From contig JBBTJN010000033.1 in NCBI GenBank assembly GCA_038059415.1, forward strand, positions 9,330 through 73,329: a stretch of 64,000 nt of DNA, given 5' to 3'. A program made the translations under genes and the position numbers. Shown here one piece after another: positions 17,936-26,609 of the stretch. Each line of letters opens with the position of its first letter. Position 1 is the first letter of the stretch. Source of the DNA: Elusimicrobiota bacterium (GTDB lineage: Bacteria; Elusimicrobiota; Elusimicrobia; UBA1565; UBA9628). The notes beneath the pieces are model-generated. The model ran no database searches and was not told the origin of the DNA. It saw nothing but the letters and a program-made list of their open reading frames with translations.

Positions 17936-20118
17936 AGGTGCTCCTTCTCAACCCGCGCAACCCCGATCCGCCTCCGGTCTACTTCGGCGCGCCCTACGGC
18001 CTGTCCTTGCTCGGAGCCATCCTGAATTCCCGCGGCGTCGAGGTCGTCGGGCGCGACTATACCCATTTTCCCCAGGCGGCCATGCTCGGCGACGCGTCCG
18101 CCGTAGTCGAGAGGGAAGGTCCGGACCTCGTGGGCATTTCCTGCCAAAGCTCCAACCGCGGGGCGGCCGTCGCCTTAGTTCGGCGTCTCAAGGAAGAATC
18201 GCCCAAACTTCGCGTCGTGGTGGGTGGGCCCTTCGCCAGCACCGACCCCGAACTGGTCCTGCGCCGCACCGGAGCCGACTGGGTCGTTGTTGGAGACGGC
18301 GAGGAGACTTTGCCCGAGCTCGTCATCGCGCTCTCCCGCGGCGGCGACGCGCGCGAGGTCGCGGGCCTGCTTTGGTCCGAGCGCGGCAAGGTTCGTCGGT
18401 CGGCGCAACGGGAGCCCTTTTCGGATCTCGACTCATTGCCCGATCCCGACTTCGACCTGTTCGAGGCCGCGTCCAACCTGAGCCGATTTCAGAGGCCGCG
18501 CGCGGAGGCTCTGGCCGCGCCCGTCGGGGCGGCGGGCCGTCCGTGCCTGGTCATGCATAGCGCCATCATGCTCCTGAGTTCGCGAGGTTGCGTGTATCGC
18601 TGCGTGTTCTGCCCCATGAGCACCTTCAAGGGCAAGCCCCGCCTGCACTCTCCCGCCTATTTCGTCCGTCAGGTCTCCGTGATGGCCCGGCGCTACCGCT
18701 GGCGCGATTTCGTCTTCGGCGACAACTACTTCACCCGTGACCGAAAGCGCGTACTGGAGATCTGCGCGGGGCTGCGCCGTGAGGTGCCCGGCATCCGCTG
18801 GATATGCATGACGCGCTCAGACGCTATGGACCCGGTGTTGGCTCGCGAGATGGCCGCCGCGGGCTGCCGCGAAATCTCCTACGGCATCGAGAGCGGTTCG
18901 CCGCGGGTGCAGAAGGCCATCGGCAAGAGCCTGGACCTCGACCGCGTGCCCGCCGCTTTCGCCGCCACGCGCGAGGCGGGGATGCAGACGGTGCTCATGC
19001 TCATGGTGGGCAACCCCGGAGACAATCTTGAGACGACGCGCGAGACGGCCGACTTCCTGCGCCCAATCCAGGCGGATCGGATACAGGTGCACACGACCAA
19101 GGTCTATCCCGGCACCGCCATTCACGCGACGGCGGCGGCGGCCGGAGTGATCCCTCCCGACTTTTACGAAAGCGACGAGCATCAGCCTCCGCTGTACACG
19201 GTGGAGCGCAGCGCCGCCGAGCTTTCGCAGATGCGAGTTCTCCTGCCCTCCCGCACGCATTATATTGAGGCAAATTCCGGCTGTGTCAACGGCTGCTGTT
19301 TGTTGCGCCGTCCCGCCGCCCGCAAGAAGATCGCCTTATCCGCCGCGTTGGCGCAGACCGCGTTCCGGGCGGAACGGGGCGTACTGGGGGGGGGGGAGTC
19401 TCTCCTCATCGCGGACCTGGACAAGGCGCTTGACGACGCCGAGGCCCTGCAGGTGTTCGACCTGAGCTTGTACACCACGGCTAGGCCCCTGGCCGACGCG
19501 CGCAGGGTCTCGGGTCTGCGCGCGCGCAAGGAGATGCGCCGCCTGGTCGTACCTCTTCTGTCTCCCGAGGCAGCGCGTCACGATGCGCGCGCCCGCGTGC
19601 CCGGGGCCCTGGCCCAGACGAAACTTGGTCTGCGGCACTGGCTGCGAAGCGGCGGCGAAATTCTGGCCTGGCTCATACCCATGAGGGAAGACCTCGCCGA
19701 ACTCGGGACATGGACGCGTCGCCTGGCTGGCGAGGGCGTGCGAGAGGCGCTTCTCATTCATCGCGAGCCGCCTCCCGGCTGGGGCGGCCTGCCTTTGGAG
19801 GACACCCCGCGCCTGGAGCCCTTCGCCGCCGCCGCGGCCGAGGCCGCCTTCCGCGCCAAAGAGGCGGGCCTGACGTTGAGCGTGTTCGGTCTGCCTCCCT
19901 GCCTCTGGGATGGGAAGCTGGCTCCACGGCATGAGGACCGCGCTCTCTACGACGAGGTGGTCTCTGACGCGGCGGAGGCGGTGACTGCCCGTTCGCGGCG
20001 CCTCCTGCGGCAGGCCTTCAGCCCGTGTTGTTCCGGTTGCGCGCGGCGGCCTTCGTGCGACGGCGTCTGGGGCGATTATCTCGCCCGGCACGGGGAGGAG
20101 GAGCTTCATGCCCTCTAA
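17932..20118 (+). CDS. B12-binding-domain radical SAM protein with a roughly 300-aa C-terminal extension.
   Basis: The N-terminal B12-binding fold is MKVLLLNPRN...LVGISCQSS. The rSAM motifs are CVYRCVFC and SYGIESGS. The tail is CSGCARRPSCDGVWGDY...EEEL. The GTG start overlaps the upstream stop. Confidence 0.75.
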   Translation: MKVLLLNPRNPDPPPVYFGAPYGLSLLGAILNSRGVEVVGRDYTHFPQAAMLGDASAVVEREGPDLVGISCQSSNRGAAVALVRRLKEESPKLRVVVGGPFASTDPELVLRRTGADWVVVGDGEETLPELVIALSRGGDAREVAGLLWSERGKVRRSAQREPFSDLDSLPDPDFDLFEAASNLSRFQRPRAEALAAPVGAAGRPCLVMHSAIMLLSSRGCVYRCVFCPMSTFKGKPRLHSPAYFVRQVSVMARRYRWRDFVFGDNYFTRDRKRVLEICAGLRREVPGIRWICMTRSDAMDPVLAREMAAAGCREISYGIESGSPRVQKAIGKSLDLDRVPAAFAATREAGMQTVLMLMVGNPGDNLETTRETADFLRPIQADRIQVHTTKVYPGTAIHATAAAAGVIPPDFYESDEHQPPLYTVERSAAELSQMRVLLPSRTHYIEANSGCVNGCCLLRRPAARKKIALSAALAQTAFRAERGVLGGGESLLIADLDKALDDAEALQVFDLSLYTTARPLADARRVSGLRARKEMRRLVVPLLSPEAARHDARARVPGALAQTKLGLRHWLRSGGEILAWLIPMREDLAELGTWTRRLAGEGVREALLIHREPPPGWGGLPLEDTPRLEPFAAAAAEAAFRAKEAGLTLSVFGLPPCLWDGKLAPRHEDRALYDEVVSDAAEAVTARSRRLLRQAFSPCCSGCARRPSCDGVWGDYLARHGEEELHAL
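19386..19396 (+). repeat. Homopolymeric G tract of about 11 inside the 17932 gene.
   Basis: ctgggggggggggag encodes GGGE. The exact length is +/-1. Confidence 0.6.
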
Positions 20119-21976
20119 GAAAATACTAAACACGACGCGCTCGGTCATGCTCATGGCCACGTACGAGTGTCAGTTGCGCTGCGCCTACTGCCAGATCCGG
20201 CGTGGGCCCCGGCGCATGGACGAGCGCACGGCCTTGCGCGGCGCGGACCTTCTTCTGTCGTCGCATGCCGACCATCTCCTCCTCAACTTCTTCGGCGGCG
20301 AGCCCCTGTTGGTCTGGGACCTGGTGCGCAAGACGGCGGCCTATGCCCGCGAGCGCCGCGGGGGCCGCCCCTTGCGCATCAACCTCACCACCAACGGCCT
20401 TCTGCTCGATGACAAGAAGATCGAATTCCTTCAAAGTGTGGACGGCTATGTGCACCTGAGCCTCGACGGCCCCGCCGAGGCCAACGCTTCGCGCCTGCGC
20501 TCCGCCGGTCCCGGCGCGCAGAAGGCGATGCAAAGTGCGCTCCGCCGTCTCGCGGCCTCCGGCCTGCCATACCATGTCAACGCCGTCGTCGATCCCGTGC
20601 GCGCGGCCTCCTTCGACTGCGACTTGCTCGCCCTCGAGGATCTGGGCGCGCGCCGTATCCAGTTCGGCTATCAGGTCGGCGTGCTTTGGAGCAAGCGGGC
20701 CATCGGCGACCTTCTCGCGGCGCTCGACCGCTACGCGGCGCGCGGGAAAGCCGAGCTTAACAACCGCACCTCGGACAGCGAGCCGGTTATGCTCAGCCAG
20801 GAGGTCATCGTCGATACCGACGGCCGCATTTATTGGGACGGAGGGCTCTTTCTAGAGGCGACCTTGCCGAAGGTGCGTGAGGCGCTGCTCTTGGGATGCC
20901 TCGACGCGTCGCCCGACGTTGACGCCTTCGAGCGAGAGCCGCGCAAACCCTACGAACGGCTGACGACCGCCTACCCGGCGAACACGAAGGGCGGTCATAT
21001 CATCCTCAATAACGTCAAGGTGGGCCTGGCCCTCAAGCGCCATTGGGTGGGCCAGCGCGGCAACGAGGACCCCGCCATCCGGCGCGGCGTGGTCCAGGCG
21101 CGGTTCACCGAGCAGGTCCGCTTCCTGAAAGAGCGCATGCCGGGGCTCGACCGCGTATTCCTCTTCATGAAAGGCGGCTGCGACCTGGACTGCCTGTTCT
21201 GCCGCAACAAGCCGGAGAAGGATTATCAGACGCTTGAAGAAATAGACGCTTGTCTCGCCGAGAACGCCGTATTGCGTCGTGCGAAAATCGCTTTAGTCGG
21301 CAACGAACCCCTGGCTCATCTACAGATCGCCGACATCGTGAAGTTATGCCGCCACTGGGGCTTCACCGACATCGAGGCGATGACATCCGGTCTGCGCCTG
21401 GAGGCGCTGGCGCGTCCATTGGCCGATGCCGGCATGAGTTCCTACGCTTTAGCTCTTCACGGCTCGACGGCCAAAGTCCATGACGCCGTGGTCCGCCATG
21501 ATGGCGCGTTCGACGCCGCCTTGCGCGGCGCCGAGGGGGCGCAGGCGGCCGGTTCGCGAGTCTTTGTGCATGCCAGCGCCTGCCGGGCGAACCTATCCGA
21601 TCTCCCAGCCCTCGAAAAGCTGGTCCGCGAGCGCGCCTGGCCGTTCTCGATTCACCCGCTGCGTCCCAAGGACGCCGACGGCATGAACGAGCCCTACGAC
21701 AAGATCGCGCCGGACTATGCCGAGCTTCGCGCCGCTTTGACCGGCCGCGTTAGATCGCTGACCGGCTTTCCCTCCTGCGTGGCCCGCGCCGTGCAGGGCC
21801 GAGCTTCGTGCCCGGCCGCGCAGATCGCCGATTCCATGCGGCTTTACCTCCATCATCAGGCCTTCGTGAAGCCCGCGACATGCTCCGCGTGCCCGGAGCG
21901 CGAGGATTGCGTGGGCACATTCGAAGAGCATCTCCGCTCCCGTCCCGCGGAGAAAAAGGAGCTGACTTTCTCATGA
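20108..21976 (+). CDS. Tandem double radical SAM domain protein.
   Basis: Two CxxxCxxC motifs are present: CQLRCAYC near the N-terminus and CDLDCLFC at about residue 360. The N-terminal half is paralogous to the 15717 and 16718 genes. The tail is CSACPEREDCVGTFEEH. Confidence 0.75.
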   Translation: MPSKKILNTTRSVMLMATYECQLRCAYCQIRRGPRRMDERTALRGADLLLSSHADHLLLNFFGGEPLLVWDLVRKTAAYARERRGGRPLRINLTTNGLLLDDKKIEFLQSVDGYVHLSLDGPAEANASRLRSAGPGAQKAMQSALRRLAASGLPYHVNAVVDPVRAASFDCDLLALEDLGARRIQFGYQVGVLWSKRAIGDLLAALDRYAARGKAELNNRTSDSEPVMLSQEVIVDTDGRIYWDGGLFLEATLPKVREALLLGCLDASPDVDAFEREPRKPYERLTTAYPANTKGGHIILNNVKVGLALKRHWVGQRGNEDPAIRRGVVQARFTEQVRFLKERMPGLDRVFLFMKGGCDLDCLFCRNKPEKDYQTLEEIDACLAENAVLRRAKIALVGNEPLAHLQIADIVKLCRHWGFTDIEAMTSGLRLEALARPLADAGMSSYALALHGSTAKVHDAVVRHDGAFDAALRGAEGAQAAGSRVFVHASACRANLSDLPALEKLVRERAWPFSIHPLRPKDADGMNEPYDKIAPDYAELRAALTGRVRSLTGFPSCVARAVQGRASCPAAQIADSMRLYLHHQAFVKPATCSACPEREDCVGTFEEHLRSRPAEKKELTFS

Positions 21977-22923
21977 CCGCCCCCGGGATCCTTGCGGCCT
22001 CCCGGCGTTTGGAGTTGCATCTCTCCTACGTCTGCGGCCAGCGCTGCGCCTTCTGCTCGGAGAGCGTGCGCATGGACCGATGGCGACACGCGCCGCTCAA
22101 GGGCGAAGAGATATCCGCTGTCCTCATCAAACGCCGCAAGGCGGGCTTCAACCACGTGACCTTCACCGGAGGGGAGCCTACGGCGCAGGCGCTCCTGCCG
22201 GCCGCGCTCGCTGCGGCCCGTAAGCTCGGCTTCAACACATATCTGACCACCAACGGCGGGCTCTTCGCTCAGGAGAAATACGCCCGGGAGGTCCTGCCGC
22301 TCGTCGATGAAATCTGCCTGTCCGTTCACGGCCCCGACGCCGAGACCCACGATGCCGCGGCCGACACGCGGGGCTCCTTTGATCGGGCGATGAAGGCCCT
22401 GGCCAACATCGAGGCACACGGCGCGAGCACCTACCTTCTCACCAACACCGTCGTCACGCGACTCAACTGGGACCGTCTTGAGGACACCTTGGCCCTGCTG
22501 ACCTCTCATCCTAAGGTCCGGCATTGCCTCCTCTCCAACGTCGCTCCGGAAGGCCGCGCGTCCGGCGCTTACAAGTCCTTGGTCGTGCCGCTGTCGAAGT
22601 GGCGTCAGCGAGTGCCTGCGCTCGCCCGCCCCTTCGAGACAAACGGCGTGGTCCTGCGGCTGTTCGGCCTGCCTCTGTGCGTCCTAGGCGGGCGGCTGGA
22701 ACTGTCCAATGACGCCCATTATTCCCCGCGTGTGACCGTGGAGCGCCGCGGCGCGAAAGGCAGGCCCGGCCTGAGCGCAATCGCCAGCGTCGACGCCTCG
22801 CGCCGCCGCAGCAAGCCCGGAATCTGCCGCTCCTGCGACGGGCGTGGAGATTGCGCCGGCGTATTCGACCGCTACCTCGCCGCTTACGGAAGTTCGGAGC
22901 TCGCGCCCCAGAGGGCGAACTAA
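21973..22923 (+). CDS. Radical SAM protein.
   Basis: The motifs are CGQRCAFC and TGGEPT. The tail is CRSCDGRGDCAGVFDRYLAAYGSSEL. The ATG overlaps the upstream stop (ATGA). Confidence 0.75.
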   Translation: MTAPGILAASRRLELHLSYVCGQRCAFCSESVRMDRWRHAPLKGEEISAVLIKRRKAGFNHVTFTGGEPTAQALLPAALAAARKLGFNTYLTTNGGLFAQEKYAREVLPLVDEICLSVHGPDAETHDAAADTRGSFDRAMKALANIEAHGASTYLLTNTVVTRLNWDRLEDTLALLTSHPKVRHCLLSNVAPEGRASGAYKSLVVPLSKWRQRVPALARPFETNGVVLRLFGLPLCVLGGRLELSNDAHYSPRVTVERRGAKGRPGLSAIASVDASRRRSKPGICRSCDGRGDCAGVFDRYLAAYGSSELAPQRAN

Positions 22924-23864
22924 TGGCCACGCTCGCATATCTACAGGTTGCGCGCATCTGCAATCAAAAATGCCTGTTCTGTTCCAACCCGGAGAACGGG
23001 CGCGTGATCTCCTGGAAGGAAGCGACGGATCTGGTGGATTGCTTTGCCAAGGAGAAGGCCGCCGGAGTGATCATCACTGGGGGCGAACCGACCTTGTTCG
23101 ACCGTTTGCCGGAGTTGGTGGCCTACGCCCTCAAGAGGGGATTGCCGCCGCGTCTCATCACCAACGGTCAGCGAGTCTGCAGGCCTGATTACCTCAAGGC
23201 GCTCGTCGACGCCGGGCTCAGCCACATGCATATCTCCGTGCATTCGGCTAGGCCCGAGGTGCAGGGAGAGCTCACGGGCAATAACAACTCTCTTGCGAAC
23301 ATACTGCGCGCCCTGGAGAACGCCGGGAAGCTGGGGGTGCGCGTGGACATCAACAGCGTCATCAATAGTCGCAACGCCGGGCACCTGAGCTACACGCCGC
23401 GCTTTCTCGTTGAGCGCTTCCCGTTCCTTTGCCACTTCGTCTGGAACAATCTGGACCCGCAGATGAATGCCGCCTCGCTCAATGCCGAACTCGTGCCCAA
23501 GTTGAGAGCATTCGAGGTGGAACTCCATCGCGCGATGACCTGGCTGGCCAAGGCCGGGAAAAGCTTTCGCGTCGAGCGCGTGCCGCTCTGCTTCATGTCC
23601 GATTTCGGTCATTTCTCCACGGAGACGCGCAAGTTCGTCAAGAACGAGGGCCGAGACATCTATTTCTTGGACGAGAAGGGACGCAAGAAACAGGACAAAA
23701 GCTCCTGGAGTTACGACAAGGCGCCGCGCTGCAAGGCGTGTTCCGTCAATAAGATTTGCGCCGGGTTGTATCAGATGGACGTGTACTACTCTTCCTCGGA
23801 GCTCTGTCCCATACTGACTCCGGCAGACGAGGTGGTCGCGAAGGTCCGCGCGGAGGCGTCATGA
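22923..23864 (+). CDS. Radical SAM protein, paralog of the minus-strand gene at 25671..26609.
   Basis: The motifs are CNQKCLFC and TGGEPTL. The tail is CKACSVNKICAGLYQMDVYYSSSEL. Confidence 0.75.
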   Translation: MATLAYLQVARICNQKCLFCSNPENGRVISWKEATDLVDCFAKEKAAGVIITGGEPTLFDRLPELVAYALKRGLPPRLITNGQRVCRPDYLKALVDAGLSHMHISVHSARPEVQGELTGNNNSLANILRALENAGKLGVRVDINSVINSRNAGHLSYTPRFLVERFPFLCHFVWNNLDPQMNAASLNAELVPKLRAFEVELHRAMTWLAKAGKSFRVERVPLCFMSDFGHFSTETRKFVKNEGRDIYFLDEKGRKKQDKSSWSYDKAPRCKACSVNKICAGLYQMDVYYSSSELCPILTPADEVVAKVRAEAS

Positions 23865-24817
23865 GCGATCGGGTCGATCTTAAGGTCGGGTTTCGCTGCA
23901 ACAACTACTGCCAATTCTGCGTGCAGGGCGATAAGCGCGAGCGCCTGCCGGTCAAGCCCGAGGCGGAACTGATCAAGTCCCTGGAAGAAGGGAGAGCGGG
24001 GGGCGCAATCGGCGTCGTCATTACAGGCGGCGAGCCCACCCTCCACGAGGGAATCGTCAAGATCGCGCGCGCGGCGCGCGACCTCGGCTACACCCTCATC
24101 CAGGTGCAGAGCAACGGGCGCACCTTCTGCTACGAAGATTTCTGCAAGCGCCTCATCGACGCGGGCGTCAACGAGTTCGGGCCGTCCCTGCACGGCTCGA
24201 CGGCTAAAATACACGATTATCTTACGGGATCGCCCGGGGCCTTCATGCAGGTGGTCTCCGGCATACGCAACCTCAAACGCCTTAAGCAGCGCGTCATCAC
24301 CAACTCGGTGATCACCAAGGTCAACTACCGCGACCTGCCCTCCTTGGCGACCTTGCTCGTCGCCTTGGATGTGGAGCAGTTCCAGTTTGCCTTCATGCAT
24401 ATGAGCGGACGCGCGGGGGAGAACAAGGAGTGGCTGACCGCGCGCAAGAGCCTCATCGAGCCGTACGTGAAAAAAGCGCTCGATGTCGGCATCAGGGCGG
24501 GCAAGATCGTGATGACCGAGGCCATCCCATACTGTCTGATGAATGGCTACGAGGCCTATGTCGCCGAGCAGATCATACCGCGAACGCGCATCTACGACGC
24601 GGACTGCGTGATTGCCGACTACACGCGTACGCGCATCGACGAGGGCAAGAGCCGCGGGCCGCGGTGCGTCGAGTGCGACTGGCACTTCAAATGCGAGGGG
24701 CCGTGGAGGGAATATCCCGAGCTGTTCGGCTGGGACGAGTTCGTGCCGGTTAAGAAGGCCGCGCCCGCGCCGAAGAAGGCGGCGCCCGTCGCCAGAGCGG
24801 AGAGAAAGAAACGTTGA
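23861..24817 (+). CDS. Radical SAM protein with a Lys/Ala/Pro-rich C-terminus.
   Basis: The motifs are CNNYCQFC and TGGEPTL. The tail is CVECDWHFKCEGPWREYPELFGWDEF. Confidence 0.75.
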   Translation: MSDRVDLKVGFRCNNYCQFCVQGDKRERLPVKPEAELIKSLEEGRAGGAIGVVITGGEPTLHEGIVKIARAARDLGYTLIQVQSNGRTFCYEDFCKRLIDAGVNEFGPSLHGSTAKIHDYLTGSPGAFMQVVSGIRNLKRLKQRVITNSVITKVNYRDLPSLATLLVALDVEQFQFAFMHMSGRAGENKEWLTARKSLIEPYVKKALDVGIRAGKIVMTEAIPYCLMNGYEAYVAEQIIPRTRIYDADCVIADYTRTRIDEGKSRGPRCVECDWHFKCEGPWREYPELFGWDEFVPVKKAAPAPKKAAPVARAERKKR

Positions 24818-25674
24818 GGAGCGAGGATCTGTTGGTTCTGGTCCTCACGCGCCGCTGCGAGCGGCGGTGCGGTCATTGCCCGCAGTCCTTCGACGAGGCC
24901 GACATGTCCGAGGGCACTCTCGACGCGGCATTGGAGGGCCTGCTGCCGCAACTGCGCCCTCCCGCCCGCGTCAAGCTGTTCGGCGGCGAGCCCCTGCTGC
25001 GCCCGGACCTCGTGACGCGCGCCCTTGAGCGCCTGGCGGTCCTGGCTCCGGGCACGGCCGTGGAACTTCCCACTCACGGCACGGGACTGTCCGCGGTGGA
25101 GGCGCTTCTGGCTCGCCGTCCCGAGGTGGAGGTGTTTGTCAGCTTCGCCGATCCCGCGGCGGCCCGCCTGTCGGGCGTGGTGCACAACTTCTTGATCCCG
25201 CCCGGAGAGGCCCCGGCCTCAACGGCGCGCCGCATGGCTCTGGCGCGCAAGCGCGGCTACAACCGTTTCAACTTCCTGCCCGCTTACTTCGTGCCCTGGA
25301 CGCCCGCTCAACTCAAGGGCCTGGCCTCCTGCTTTGCCGCGGTGCGCAGGGTGCTCGACTGCTGGTCCGCCGCAGGCCGCTGCGCCGAGGTGGTCAATCT
25401 CTCTCGGCGCGGGACGACGCCGCTGTACAACGATGGCCTGGTCGTCGACACCGACGGCGAGGTGTACAACTCGAATCTGATTTTGGCCGCCGCCGTTAGG
25501 CCTCACAGGGGGAGGCTGCATCTGGGCCGGGTACACGAGCCCGGCAATCTGTCCGCGCGACCGATCGCCGAAGCCGCGCAAGTCATGCGGGACTCCTTTC
25601 CCGCGGATGTCTTGGCGGCAACGTCGGCGGTAGACGCGGAGCTGACCGCGTTCTGCCTCAGGCTCTCCCGCTAG
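24814..25674 (+). CDS. Radical SAM protein.
   Basis: The motifs are CERRCGHC and FGGEPLL. The TTG start overlaps the upstream stop. Confidence 0.65.
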   Translation: MRSEDLLVLVLTRRCERRCGHCPQSFDEADMSEGTLDAALEGLLPQLRPPARVKLFGGEPLLRPDLVTRALERLAVLAPGTAVELPTHGTGLSAVEALLARRPEVEVFVSFADPAAARLSGVVHNFLIPPGEAPASTARRMALARKRGYNRFNFLPAYFVPWTPAQLKGLASCFAAVRRVLDCWSAAGRCAEVVNLSRRGTTPLYNDGLVVDTDGEVYNSNLILAAAVRPHRGRLHLGRVHEPGNLSARPIAEAAQVMRDSFPADVLAATSAVDAELTAFCLRLSR

Positions 25675-26609
25675 GGGCTTGCCCTGATCCTGCGCCGCAC
25701 CTCTTGCGCGGGCAGGGCGGACGGACACAACTCCTGCGACGAGTAGTGCGTGTCCATCTGATACAGCCCCGCGCAGACCGAAGTCAGCGAGCAATCCTCG
25801 CATCGCGGGCTCTTTGCGTAGCTCCAATGAAGACCGTGCTGTTCCTGAAGGCCCTTCTCGTCGAGGAAGTAGATGCTGCGCGACTCTTTCTTGACGATCC
25901 GACGCGTCTCAGTCGAGCACTCCGGATAATCCGACATGAAGCACAGCGGCACGCGCGCGACGCGGAAAGTCCGTCCGGTGGAGTCGAGTTGGGCCATAGC
26001 CTTGTGCAGTTCTATCTCGAGGTCGCGTAGGCGCGCTACCAGGTCAGGGCCCAGGGACGCGCCGTTCATGAGCGGGTCGAGGTTGTTCCACACGAAATGG
26101 CGCAGATAGGGCCAGCGTTCGATGAGCCAGCGCACCAAAGCGGAGAGTTCGCTCGCGTTGACCTTGGTGATAGTGGTGTTGATGTCCACCGTGAGGCCGA
26201 GCGCGCCCGCGTTGTCCAAGGTCTTGATGATGTTGGCCAGGGAGCGAGGGTTGCGGGAGAGGGACGCCTGGGTCTTGCCGGATGGGGAATGGACCGAGAC
26301 GTGCATGAGGCGCAGGCCGGCGGCGTAAAGCGATTTCAGGTATTTCGGATCGGCGGTTTTCTGGCCGTTGGTGATGAGGCGTGGCGTCAGGCCCTTGTCG
26401 ATTGCGTAAGCCGTCAATTCGGCGAGCTCCTTGAAGAGGGTGGGCTCGCCGCCGGTGAGGATAAGTCCGTCGTAGTTCTTCGCGGCGAAGCCGTCGACGA
26501 GGTCGATGGCCTCCTTCCAGGAGAGGACCATGCCGTTGTCGGGGTTGGAGCAGAAGGTGCACTTCTGATTGCATAGGCGCGATACCTGCAGATAAGCCAT
26601 TTCGGCCAT
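25671..26609 (-). CDS. Radical SAM protein, convergent with the plus-strand array.
   Basis: The motifs are CNQKCTFC and TGGEPTL. The tail is CEDCSLTSVCAGLYQMDTHYSSQEL. The track ORF extends to 26834, but the internal ATG at 26609 (MAEMAYLQV...) matches the paralog N-terminus and abuts the upstream stop. Confidence 0.7.
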   Translation of the reverse strand: MAEMAYLQVSRLCNQKCTFCSNPDNGMVLSWKEAIDLVDGFAAKNYDGLILTGGEPTLFKELAELTAYAIDKGLTPRLITNGQKTADPKYLKSLYAAGLRLMHVSVHSPSGKTQASLSRNPRSLANIIKTLDNAGALGLTVDINTTITKVNASELSALVRWLIERWPYLRHFVWNNLDPLMNGASLGPDLVARLRDLEIELHKAMAQLDSTGRTFRVARVPLCFMSDYPECSTETRRIVKKESRSIYFLDEKGLQEQHGLHWSYAKSPRCEDCSLTSVCAGLYQMDTHYSSQELCPSALPAQEVRRRIRASP

